Positions 1-8,318 of a DNA stretch of 24,175 nt are shown one piece after another. Origin of the DNA: a virus (taxonomy: Duplodnaviria > Caudoviricetes). A program made the translations under genes and the position numbers. Under the pieces are notes generated by a model that saw only the letters and a list, made by a program, of their open reading frames with translations, was not told where the DNA came from and made no database searches. The stretch covers positions 1 through 24,175 of the IMG/VR virus record IMGVR_UViG_3300046103_000245. One strand, 5' to 3'. The first letter of the stretch is position 1, and every line of letters starts with the position of its first letter.

Positions 1-28
1 ACCCCACAGCGCATTCTCCCTTGCTCAA

Positions 29-239
29 TGTGGCCATATATGACCCACGTGGCACAGGGTTGGACGCATGATGGGGGGGTGGGCTGCGGCGGCGAAATCG
101 CGCGCACTAAGGTGCCGGATGTGTATACGAGAGAGCAATTTAGGGCACTTAATACCCCTAATTAGTACCTGTATGTTAGCGACCACTAACTTCTTAGTAA
201 TCAATAAGATACGTGTATCATTGTGGCCGGATATGACCC
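29..239. repeat. 18-bp imperfect direct repeat pair
   Basis: TGTGGCCatATATGACCC at 29-46 and TGTGGCCggATATGACCC at 222-239 (16/18 identical). Confidence 0.8.
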
Positions 240-361
240 CCCTAAAGGGACGCCTGTGGAACACTCCGTGGAACACTATTGGCTGACAGCTAGAGGCGTC
301 ACAGAGGCGTAGTGAACACTAACATAAACGCACGTCGACATAAAGCGTAGTGGACACTAAC
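175..361. repeat. Cluster of dyad sites TAG(T/C)G-NN-CACTA and related direct repeats
   Basis: GTTAGCGACCACTAAC 175-190, GCGTAGTGAACACTAAC 307-323 and GCGTAGTGGACACTAAC 345-361. Related GTGGAACACT at 256-265 and 268-277; AGAGGCGT at 292-299 and 303-310. Confidence 0.8.
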
Positions 362-409
362 CTCTCGGCCCCCTGATACCAAGGCCTGACAAACAGTTAG
401 CGAATTCTC

Positions 410-438
410 TTGACTTTCAGGACAATATGTGATATAAT
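410..438 (+). promoter_or_regulatory. Sigma70-type promoter P1 (packaging operon)
   Basis: TTGACT (410-415), 17-bp spacer, TATAAT (433-438), with extended -10 TG at 430-431. Predicted start about 445. Confidence 0.85.
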
Positions 439-444
439 GAGACA

Positions 445-572
445 TCTCTTGAGTACAGAGACACACTAGACATACATTAACGCTCTACTACTAATGATTG
501 GCTTGTAGTAGTTCTAGACGTTAATGACATCCAATGCTCCTCTCCACTGACAGACAGCTAGGAGCTACATTG
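445..572 (+). ncRNA. Candidate structured leader RNA/sRNA with three consecutive stem-loops
   Basis: Stems folded by eye: TCTCT/AGAGA (445-449/457-461); long hairpin CATTAACG/CGTTAATG (475-482/519-526) + TCTA/TAGA (484-487/515-518) + CTACTA/TAGTAG (488-493/506-511); CAATG/CATTG + CTCCT/AGGAG (532-541/560-572). No expression evidence. Confidence 0.45.
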
Positions 573-592
573 TAACTACAGGGGACTCCCAC

Positions 593-721
593 ATGAAGAC
601 TTGCTCTATCTGCTTGACAGAGAAGCCCATTACAGAATTCCATTACATAGCCCTTGGTGTCACGACCAGAGGGTGTATTGTCTGTGTCAAGAAGCCCTTG
701 GTTGTTGAAGATGCCAAGTAA
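593..721 (+). CDS. 42-aa C4 zinc-finger protein (not in ORF track)
   Basis: Translated by hand: MKTCSICLTEKPITEFHYIALGVTTRGCIVCVKKPLVVEDAK. CxxC...CxxC with a KTCxxCxxEKPxxEF pattern. SD GGGGA at 581-585; 3' end overlaps the next ATG (711). Confidence 0.75.
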   Translation: MKTCSICLTEKPITEFHYIALGVTTRGCIVCVKKPLVVEDAK

Positions 722-1154
722 CGAATCGGACGCCCACTCTACCCCTCCTATCGTGGAAGACGTTCCCCTCGTCCCAAGCGGTAACAGAGTCGGGCGTCCA
801 CCTAAACCCAAGAAGCGAGGCGTTGGAAGGCCCAAGGGCAACACAGCTATCCTTGCCGAATACCAAGAGCGTATGCTCAATAGCCCCAAGTCTAGGAAGG
901 TGTTAGATAAAGTCTTTGACATAGCCTTGGATGACGATCATAAGCATCAAGCAGTGTGCATTAAGCTAGTCGTGGATCGTCTAGTCCCTATGAGTCACTT
1001 TGAGAAGGAGAAGAGTGGTGGTATATCGGGTATTACTATTACAATGGCTTCTGCTGGTGGCGATGTCAACATCAATACCGGCGATGACAGCAGCGAAGAA
1101 CGAGACATTAGCGACTACACAGACTACGAGGACATCACAGATGGCGAAAGCTAG
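711..1154 (+). CDS. Putative terminase small subunit (147 aa)
   Basis: Lies upstream of the large terminase. Basic GRPPK/GRPKG N-terminus, helical core (VLDKVFDIALDDDHKHQAVCIKLVVDRLVP), beta-strand (GITITM) and acidic tail. ATG 711 chosen for coupling to the upstream ORF; TTG 678 is an alternative. Confidence 0.65.
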   Translation: MPSNESDAHSTPPIVEDVPLVPSGNRVGRPPKPKKRGVGRPKGNTAILAEYQERMLNSPKSRKVLDKVFDIALDDDHKHQAVCIKLVVDRLVPMSHFEKEKSGGISGITITMASAGGDVNINTGDDSSEERDISDYTDYEDITDGES

Positions 1155-2055
1155 ACAGCAACATGGCTGGCCCCTGACGCCATCATTCGAGAGATATCTT
1201 AAGCTGAACGAGAATGACGTTCTACTTGAGAGCATGAAAGGAAACAGAAGGCTACAGAAGGTGCGTCACCCTAGCCCCGAGAAGGGCACTGACACGGTGG
1301 GCTTTGGTCACAAGATGTCACAGGAAGAGCATGACAGCGGCTTCATCAACGGTGTCAGGGTGTCTTCGTACACTCGTGAGGACATCGACAGGCTGTTCCA
1401 AAGAGATCAGTCCCGTATCTGGGAGCGTCTAGCCAAGAAGGTGCAGAGTGAGCATAAGACAGACCTTAAGAGCCTGAGCATTAGGCAGCGAGAGATGCTG
1501 TTCGACTTTGAATACAACGTGTCCAATGGGATCAAAGCGTTCCCTAAGTTCGCTGCAGCTGTTGTCAAGGGGGATTACGCCACAGCCTTGATGGAAAGCA
1601 AGCGTCACTACACAGATGCCGACACAGGAGAGAAAGCAGAGCTTACTAAGAGGAATCAGCAGTTTGCTGCTCAGTTCTATAATGAAGCTGCTCGCAAGGG
1701 AGACTACACCTCTGAGGAAGCACAGGCGTCCTCCATAGACACTATAGACCTTATACGTAAGGGAGAAGGCGAAGAGGCTCTTACAGCAGCTGCTAGGGCA
1801 ATGCCTTCTAATATAGCAGAAGAAGCATCGTTGCAGAGAAACGCCGTAGCTCAGGAGGCTAAGGTGGAAGCAGCAGTGGCACCACAGCAGCCACAGCAGC
1901 CACAGCAGCCACAGCAGCCACAGGCTCCACAGGCCCTAGCGTCTAACATGCCTGCTCCCAACATAGACCTTAAAGGCATGTTGTCCAAGGAACACGTAGC
2001 ACCTTCCGGTGAGAAGGGGATGCTTAGCCCGCTCACTAGCGCCAATAGGGTTTAA
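1141..2055 (+). CDS. Lysozyme (GH24/T4-like fold) domain protein with low-complexity C-terminal tail, probably virion-associated (304 aa)
   Basis: LKLNEN (candidate catalytic Glu), HPSPEKGTDTVGFGHK, and REMLFDFEYN...FPKF match the phage lysozyme pattern. Start 1141 has a GAGG SD and overlaps the upstream stop. Ala/Gln/Pro-rich tail. Confidence 0.75.
   Translation: MAKARQQHGWPLTPSFERYLKLNENDVLLESMKGNRRLQKVRHPSPEKGTDTVGFGHKMSQEEHDSGFINGVRVSSYTREDIDRLFQRDQSRIWERLAKKVQSEHKTDLKSLSIRQREMLFDFEYNVSNGIKAFPKFAAAVVKGDYATALMESKRHYTDADTGEKAELTKRNQQFAAQFYNEAARKGDYTSEEAQASSIDTIDLIRKGEGEEALTAAARAMPSNIAEEASLQRNAVAQEAKVEAAVAPQQPQQPQQPQQPQAPQALASNMPAPNIDLKGMLSKEHVAPSGEKGMLSPLTSANRV
1882..1935 (+). repeat. 9-bp tandem repeat CCACAGCAG x4 plus 2 degenerate copies (PQQ linker)
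   Basis: Perfect units at 1882, 1891, 1900 and 1909; CCACAGGCT and CCACAGGCC follow. Confidence 0.95.
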
Positions 2056-2075
2056 CAGATACGAATAGGGGAAAC

Positions 2076-3341
2076 ATGAGTAATCAAGCGTTTGAGATCA
2101 GTTTAACGCCGTGGCAGACAACAGTCTGGGAGGACACGACACGCTTTAAGGTGGTGGCAGCAGGAAGACGGACAGGAAAGAGCCGCTTAGCTGCTAACAT
2201 CTTAATTTATAAGGCACTAACCTGCCCAACGAAGACCGCTAAGGTGTTCTACGTGGCCCCAACACAGGGTCAGGCTAAGGATATCATGTGGGAATTGATA
2301 CAGGAGATCGCGGGAGACCTCGTAGCCACCTGTCACAAGAACGATGTCACGATTACGCTGAAGAACGGCGTTGTGATTGCTCTGAAGGGCGCTGATAGAC
2401 CCCAAACCATGCGTGGTGTCAGTCTCTGGTACGTTGTGTTGGACGAATATGCCGACATTAAGCCAGATGTGTGGGAGACAATCCTCCTTCCAGCCCTCTC
2501 AGACCATGACGGCCACGCTTTGTTCATCGGAACGCCGATGGGACGCAACCACTTCTACGAATTGTACAAGGATGCGGAACATGGGGACGATCCAGACTTC
2601 ACAGCGTTCCATTACACGTCATATGACAACCCGTTCCTAAGCAGGGACAACATAGAGCGCGCTAAGCGCAGTATGTCCACCCATAACTTCCATCAAGAGT
2701 ACATGGCTTCCTTTGAAAGCACAGGAGGCCGTATATTCAACAGCGATTGGATAGATATTGTGGAAGAAGGGCCGTCAACGGGCGGTGAATACTACATAGC
2801 TGTTGACCCTGCTGGCTTTAAGGCCGAGGGCGGTAAGCAAACCAAGAACACAAAGCTCGATGACACGGCCATCTGCATTGTACAAGTAGGAGCAGACGGT
2901 AAGTGGTACGTTGTAGACATCGTATCAGGACGCTGGACTCTCGGAGAGACTGCGGACAAGATATTCGACACATGCCGCAAGTATAACCCACAGCGGGTAG
3001 GCATAGAGAGAGGCATAGCACAGCAGGCCCTCTTGCCTACACTACAAGACCTTATGAGGAAGTCAGGGCAGTACCTGAACTTCGAGCTGCTCACACACGG
3101 CAACGCTAACAAGGTTGATCGAGTGACATGGGCGCTACAAGGACGATTAGAAAAGGGGGAACTGGTGTTCCTAGAAGGAGACTACCTGCCTAAAGTGATA
3201 GACCAGCTAGTAAACTTCCCAGACAAACGGGTTCACGATGACACTATTGATGCTTTAGCTTACATAGCACAGCTTGCTATACACAGCTACGGTGACGACT
3301 TAGACGACTATGACGACGGGTCATGGTCAGCACACTACTAA
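2076..3341 (+). CDS. terL: Terminase large subunit
   Basis: Q-motif LTPWQ, Walker A AAGRRTGKS, Walker B VVLDEY, motif III FIGTPMG, RNase H-like nuclease acidic residues (AVDPAG, HDDTIDALAY). Confidence 0.96.
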   Translation: MSNQAFEISLTPWQTTVWEDTTRFKVVAAGRRTGKSRLAANILIYKALTCPTKTAKVFYVAPTQGQAKDIMWELIQEIAGDLVATCHKNDVTITLKNGVVIALKGADRPQTMRGVSLWYVVLDEYADIKPDVWETILLPALSDHDGHALFIGTPMGRNHFYELYKDAEHGDDPDFTAFHYTSYDNPFLSRDNIERAKRSMSTHNFHQEYMASFESTGGRIFNSDWIDIVEEGPSTGGEYYIAVDPAGFKAEGGKQTKNTKLDDTAICIVQVGADGKWYVVDIVSGRWTLGETADKIFDTCRKYNPQRVGIERGIAQQALLPTLQDLMRKSGQYLNFELLTHGNANKVDRVTWALQGRLEKGELVFLEGDYLPKVIDQLVNFPDKRVHDDTIDALAYIAQLAIHSYGDDLDDYDDGSWSAHY

Positions 3342-3353
3342 AGGGCAACAACA

Positions 3354-5438
3354 ATGAGCGACGATTTCATGGAATTATCACCGCTATCAGATGACAGCTT
3401 AGTAATGAGCGAGACTCTCGAGAGCTGGGTGCTTAACAAAGCAGAGGCATGGCGTGATGATTACCAATCCCGCTACCAAGAAGATCACCAAGAGTTCTAC
3501 CGCTTATGGCGTGGAGTCTGGAGCGAAGAAGACGGTAGCAAGAAGAGCGAGCGTTCACGTTTCGTCTCTCCTAACACAGCACAGGCTGTAGAGGAATCAT
3601 GCGCCGAGTTGGATATGTCCATGTCTCCTGTTCTGTTTGACATTCAGGACGATGAAGCAGACAAGACGTCAGCACAGAGCCAAGACATTGGTAAGCTACG
3701 CCGTCTCCTTAAGGAAGACTTAGAGGCAGCTAGGATACAGCCGTGTATCTCTGAAGCCATCCTCATCGCCGCCATCTACGGCAGCGGTGTAGCAGAAGTA
3801 GAGCTTACAGAAACCATCGAACAGAAGGTTGCAGTGCAAGGTGCTATGGACGGAGCAGTACAACAGGTAGGCGTACAGATGAAGGAGCGCGTACAAGTGC
3901 GTCTGCGTCCTCTCCTGCCACAGAACGTATTAGTAGACCCCAACTGCACCAGCGTAGAAGACGGCCTCGGCATTATGATTGACGAGTTCGTAGGTGCTGA
4001 GTCCATTCGTATGGATCAGGAGAAGGGAGTGTATGACGACACAGTGGACGTAGGCACAGTAGCTGCTGACGACTACAACCTGTCACCAGATCAAGAGAGC
4101 ATCACGTACTCAGAGGATCGTGTACGCCGTCTTAAGTATTTCGGCCTCGTACCTCGACACCTGTTAGAAGAAAGCCAGAACGCATACGACGAAGAAGTGT
4201 ACATTGAGCCTCTGATGGCACCTAGCGAGATGGATCAAGAGCCTAGCTACTTCGTAGAAGCTATCGTAGTGTTAGGTAATGACAAGCTGTTATCAGCCGT
4301 TGCCAACCCCTACATGATGCAGGATCGTCCCATCGTAGCATTCCAGTGGGACAACGTACCTAGCAGGTTCTGGGGTCGTGGCGTTGTAGAGAAGGCACGT
4401 ACTTCACAGAACGCATTAGACACAGAGATACGATCACGCATAGACGCACTAGCCCTCACCATACACCCAATGATGGCGATAGACGCGACACGTATGCCAC
4501 GCGGCAGTGATCCCACTGTACGTCCCGGCAAGATGATTAAGGTGAACGGCAACCCAGCAGAGATCTTGCAGCCATTCAACTTCGGTGCAGTAGACCAGAT
4601 CAACTTCACCCAAGCGGCTGAGCTACAGAAGATGCTACAGCAGGCCACAGGAGCCATCAATGCTTCTGGTATGCCAGCAGCGGCAGCAGCAGGCGCAGGT
4701 ACAGGTGCTATCGCAATGACCCTAGGCGCGTCTATGAAGCGTCACAAGCGTACATTAACTAACTTCCAGACATGCTTCCTCATCCCTCTGATCCAGAAGG
4801 CTGCTTGGAGATACATGCAGTTTGATAGTGAGCATTACCCAGTAGGTGACTACAAGTTTAACGCCACTGGCAGCATGGGCCTCATCGCCCGTGAGTACGA
4901 GACCAGCCAGTTGAGCTTCCTCCTGCAAACTATGGGCGCGGACAGCCCTCTGTACCCAGTGGTGCTTGAGAGCATCGTTGATAACATGAGCCTGAGCAAC
5001 AGAGAAGAGATAATCGCTAAGCTACGTGAAGCCTCGCAGCCTGATGAGCAAGAAGCTCAGATGGCACAGCAGAAGCACGACATGGAGATCAAGGTTCAGG
5101 AGACTACACTTAAGGCACTTGAGGGTCAGGCAATTGCTGACATGGCTAAGGCTGCTAAGACTCAGGCTGAGATGTCTAACATCGCTGTCGAGAACGACAT
5201 TGCCTACGCTAAGATTGCAGCCACCACTATAGACCCAGAGGACGACGCAGCCAAGGAGTTTAAGATGAAGATGGAAGTTCTTGACAACATCCGTAAGGAC
5301 AGGGAGCTTAACATTAAAGAAGAAGAGTCCAAGTTGCAGGTGGAGCTGCTACGTAAGGAAGGACAAGAAGAAGAAGTTAACCAAGCAGCTATGGCACAAT
5401 TTATGAGCGAAGGCTCTGATATGGAGACACAACAATGA
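3354..5438 (+). CDS. Portal protein with long C-terminal helical barrel region
   Basis: Follows terL; 694 aa. Motifs IYGSG, RFWGRGVVEKARTSQNALD and RPGKMIKV typical of podovirus portals. Coiled-coil E/K/Q/A-rich C-terminus as in P22-type portals. Confidence 0.92.
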   Translation: MSDDFMELSPLSDDSLVMSETLESWVLNKAEAWRDDYQSRYQEDHQEFYRLWRGVWSEEDGSKKSERSRFVSPNTAQAVEESCAELDMSMSPVLFDIQDDEADKTSAQSQDIGKLRRLLKEDLEAARIQPCISEAILIAAIYGSGVAEVELTETIEQKVAVQGAMDGAVQQVGVQMKERVQVRLRPLLPQNVLVDPNCTSVEDGLGIMIDEFVGAESIRMDQEKGVYDDTVDVGTVAADDYNLSPDQESITYSEDRVRRLKYFGLVPRHLLEESQNAYDEEVYIEPLMAPSEMDQEPSYFVEAIVVLGNDKLLSAVANPYMMQDRPIVAFQWDNVPSRFWGRGVVEKARTSQNALDTEIRSRIDALALTIHPMMAIDATRMPRGSDPTVRPGKMIKVNGNPAEILQPFNFGAVDQINFTQAAELQKMLQQATGAINASGMPAAAAAGAGTGAIAMTLGASMKRHKRTLTNFQTCFLIPLIQKAAWRYMQFDSEHYPVGDYKFNATGSMGLIAREYETSQLSFLLQTMGADSPLYPVVLESIVDNMSLSNREEIIAKLREASQPDEQEAQMAQQKHDMEIKVQETTLKALEGQAIADMAKAAKTQAEMSNIAVENDIAYAKIAATTIDPEDDAAKEFKMKMEVLDNIRKDRELNIKEEESKLQVELLRKEGQEEEVNQAAMAQFMSEGSDMETQQ

Positions 5439-8068
5439 AGATGTCAGACTTTCTAGTGGTCGCGGGGAATCTCCGCAAGGAAATCCAAGCGGGTCAACGC
5501 AAGATAGACGCAGCACGTAAAGAGATAGAAGCCATCCCAGAGATAGCTGACGGCAGTAGACAGAAGCAGGAGGTTCGCAGCATGGCTGCTGAGCTTCGTG
5601 GTCAGATTGCTAATGAAGCTAAAGGTAAGACAGGCAAGGATGGCAAGGTTGGGCCTAAAGGGTCTGACGGAAAGGACGGACGTAACGGACGTGACGGCAA
5701 AGACGGCACTGACGGAGTAGACGGATTCGGGGATGCAGGCAAGGATGGCATCAGTGTCACAGATGCCGAGATAGACTTCGACAACAGGTTCACCTTCCAT
5801 ATGTCTGACGGCTCAGAGATAGCCACAACAAACAACCTGAACTTAGAAGACTCTATACGTCAGTATGGCCGAGGCCCAGCAGGAGCGCCGGGTTCTACAG
5901 GAGCTGTCGGCCCAGTCGGACCAGATGGCAGGGACGGCACAGACGGAGAAGGAACAAACCTAGCGCCTCTGGACAACACATGGACAGGTACTAATACGTT
6001 CGATGCTAGCATCACTGTAAACGCCTTCTCATACTTTGAAGGGGCTAAGTTCCAGCGTACCACTTCTGGCTCTGGCGCTAACGCTATCGGGGCATCAGCA
6101 GGACTTGTAGCCCAAGGCGCTAACGCTGTAGCTGTAGGCCTATCAGCTGGTAGCAGTCTTCAAGCCGCAAACGCCGTAGCTATGGGTAACTTAGCCGGCC
6201 AGACTACGCAGGGCGCTCAGGGCGTTGCTCTGGGATACGTAGCTGGTCGTACTACGCAAGGCGCTAATTCTGTAGCAGTAGGTAACTCAGCAGGTAACAA
6301 TGCTCAAGGAACACGAAGCGTAGCTATAGGATACGCGTCTGGCTTAACTACTCAGGGCGTAAGCTCCGTAGCTGTAGGTGACTCAGCAGGCCAGATTTCA
6401 CAAGGCGCAAGCTCTGTAGCTCTCGGTGTTAACGCGGGGGTAACTACGCAGGGCGCAAGCTCTGTAGCTATTGGTATTGCATCAGGCCAAACTACGCAAG
6501 GCACTAACGCTGTAGCTATGGGAAACCGAGCAGGCCAGATCGATCAAGGCGCACAAAGCACCGCTGTTGGTTACTATTCTGGTAGATACAACCAAGGAGA
6601 TAACTCTGTTGCTATCGGGCGCTCGGCTGGTGAAGGCAGTGCCACAGTAGGAGACTTCCAAGGAGACGCCTCTGTAGCAGTTGGCTACCAAGCAGGAAAG
6701 ACTACACAAGGCACAACCTCTGTAGCTGTAGGATACGCAGCAGGAAAGACTACTCAGGGCGTAAGCTCCGTAGCTGTAGGTAACACAGCAGGTCAGACTA
6801 CACAGGGCGACTCCTCTGTAGCTGTAGGTAAAGCAGCTGGTAACGCTACGCAGGGCGGTAACTCTGTAGCTGTAGGTAACTCAGCAGCGTCTAACAACCA
6901 AGGATCAAATGGTGTAGCTGTTGGTGTGCAAGCAGGCCAAACCGACCAATCAAACTTTGGGGTCGCTATAGGTAACTTAAGCGGCCAAACTACACAAGGC
7001 TCTAGCGCTGTAGCTGTAGGAAACTCAGCAGGTCAGACTACGCAGGGCACTGGTGGAACTGCTGTAGGTGTTGGTACAGGCCAGACTACACAGGGCAGCT
7101 ACGGAACTGCTGTAGGATACTACGCTGGTTCTATCACCCAAGGAAACAGCTCCACTGCTGTTGGACGTTCAGCGGGCAGGACTAATCAGGGCGCAAGCTC
7201 TACTGCCGTAGGATACAACGCTGGTCAGAACAACCAAGGCGCAACAGCCGTAGCTATCGGAGTAAACGCAGCCCAGACTTCGCAAGGCGATAGCTCCACT
7301 GCTGTGGGATACTTAGCAGGTAACAACACGCAGGGCGATAACGCTGTAGCTGTAGGAAACTCAGCAGGCAAAACTACGCAGGGCGAATCCTCTGTCGCTG
7401 TAGGTCGAAGCGCAGGAGAAACTACGCAGGGCGGCAACTCTGTCGCTGTTGGTAACTCATCAGGTAGAATTTCACAGGCATCTAGTGCTGTAGCTGTCGG
7501 TCTTAACGCTGGTAACGCAGATCAGCAAGAAAGCGCCGTTGCTGTTGGAAATGCAGCAGGTAACAATACGCAGGGTGTGGCTTCTGTAGCCGTAGGCGTC
7601 AGCTCAGGTAATTCTAATCAGGGCGCTAACTCAGTAGCTGTAGGTAACTCAGCAGGACAAACTACACAGGGCGATAACGCTGTTGCTGTCGGATACCTAG
7701 CTGGAGCCAGCTCCCAAAGCATCAACGCTGTTGCTGTCGGATTATCATCAGGGCAGACGTCTCAGGGAGAGCAGGCCGTAGCTGTCGGGTTACAAGCAGG
7801 GCAGACGTCTCAGGGAACGAGAAGTATAGCTATTGGTGGTGCGGCAGGTCAAACCAACCAAGGCGATAACGGCATCATCATCAACTCAACTGGAGCTGCA
7901 CTAGATGACACCACTAATGGTCACATCCACATAGCTTCATCTCTTGGCGAACTCGCCTTCACATCAGCCACTGGCTGGACACTCGATGGTAACGCTATTG
8001 TCACAGCAGACGTAGTAGCAGCATCAACAGACTTCGCAGACTTCAAAGCCCGCGTAGCAGCACTTTAA
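5435..8068 (+). CDS. Fibre protein with collagen-like segments and long 16-residue-repeat beta-solenoid (YadA-head-like)
   Basis: Two (Gly-X-Y)n tracts, 36 repeats of QGxx[SA]VA[VI]GxxAGxxx, and C-terminal helix TDFADFKARVAAL. ATGA overlap with the portal stop. Confidence 0.8.
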   Translation: MKMSDFLVVAGNLRKEIQAGQRKIDAARKEIEAIPEIADGSRQKQEVRSMAAELRGQIANEAKGKTGKDGKVGPKGSDGKDGRNGRDGKDGTDGVDGFGDAGKDGISVTDAEIDFDNRFTFHMSDGSEIATTNNLNLEDSIRQYGRGPAGAPGSTGAVGPVGPDGRDGTDGEGTNLAPLDNTWTGTNTFDASITVNAFSYFEGAKFQRTTSGSGANAIGASAGLVAQGANAVAVGLSAGSSLQAANAVAMGNLAGQTTQGAQGVALGYVAGRTTQGANSVAVGNSAGNNAQGTRSVAIGYASGLTTQGVSSVAVGDSAGQISQGASSVALGVNAGVTTQGASSVAIGIASGQTTQGTNAVAMGNRAGQIDQGAQSTAVGYYSGRYNQGDNSVAIGRSAGEGSATVGDFQGDASVAVGYQAGKTTQGTTSVAVGYAAGKTTQGVSSVAVGNTAGQTTQGDSSVAVGKAAGNATQGGNSVAVGNSAASNNQGSNGVAVGVQAGQTDQSNFGVAIGNLSGQTTQGSSAVAVGNSAGQTTQGTGGTAVGVGTGQTTQGSYGTAVGYYAGSITQGNSSTAVGRSAGRTNQGASSTAVGYNAGQNNQGATAVAIGVNAAQTSQGDSSTAVGYLAGNNTQGDNAVAVGNSAGKTTQGESSVAVGRSAGETTQGGNSVAVGNSSGRISQASSAVAVGLNAGNADQQESAVAVGNAAGNNTQGVASVAVGVSSGNSNQGANSVAVGNSAGQTTQGDNAVAVGYLAGASSQSINAVAVGLSSGQTSQGEQAVAVGLQAGQTSQGTRSIAIGGAAGQTNQGDNGIIINSTGAALDDTTNGHIHIASSLGELAFTSATGWTLDGNAIVTADVVAASTDFADFKARVAAL
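6113..7858 (+). repeat. Coding tandem repeat, 36 x 48 bp (16 aa), one unit with a 6-aa insertion
   Basis: Units counted from the translation. A 33-nt identical stretch occurs at 6347-6379 and 6749-6781. Confidence 0.92.
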
Positions 8069-8085
8069 CCTAAAGGAATACAATT

Positions 8086-8316
8086 ATGAACGACATGCCA
8101 ATGACTTGTGTATGCACAGAAGAAGTATCTAGCGTAGTGCTGATACCCTCTAGCGGCCAAGCAATCTTCAACATATCAAAGACTACAACACTGGATAACG
8201 GTGTTGAGCTGCCATCAGGAAGCGAGACAGTAAGTGTTGATGTTCCTGCTGATATGCAAAAAGCTCTGCTAGCGCTTATGCCAGCGCCTATGATGCCCAC
8301 AACAAAGGAGAAGTAA
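8086..8316 (+). CDS. Hypothetical 76-aa protein, possible fibre assembly factor
   Basis: AAAGGA SD; fills the gap between the two fibre genes. Function inferred from position only. Confidence 0.7.
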   Translation: MNDMPMTCVCTEEVSSVVLIPSSGQAIFNISKTTTLDNGVELPSGSETVSVDVPADMQKALLALMPAPMMPTTKEK

Positions 8317-8318
8317 CA

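Noticed and set aside
250-361. CRISPR-like mini-array
   Set aside because: Repeats are only 10-17 bp, irregularly spaced and palindromic like operators; no cas genes are present.
1000-1140. Apparent signal peptide/SAR-like N-terminal extension of the lysozyme ORF (MRRRRVVVYRVLLLQWLLLV)
   Set aside because: It lies entirely inside the putative terS in another frame, while ATG 1141 has an SD and standard coupling. Probably an artefact of longest-ORF calling, though not formally excluded.
2076-3341. Intein or intron in the terminase
   Set aside because: The 421-aa frame is uninterrupted, of normal size, with all motifs in order.
6113-7858. Ice-nucleation protein (also 16-residue repeats)
   Set aside because: Lacks the AGYGSTxTA consensus and TxT ladders. 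The VAVG/AIG core and collagen context fit a trimeric fibre.
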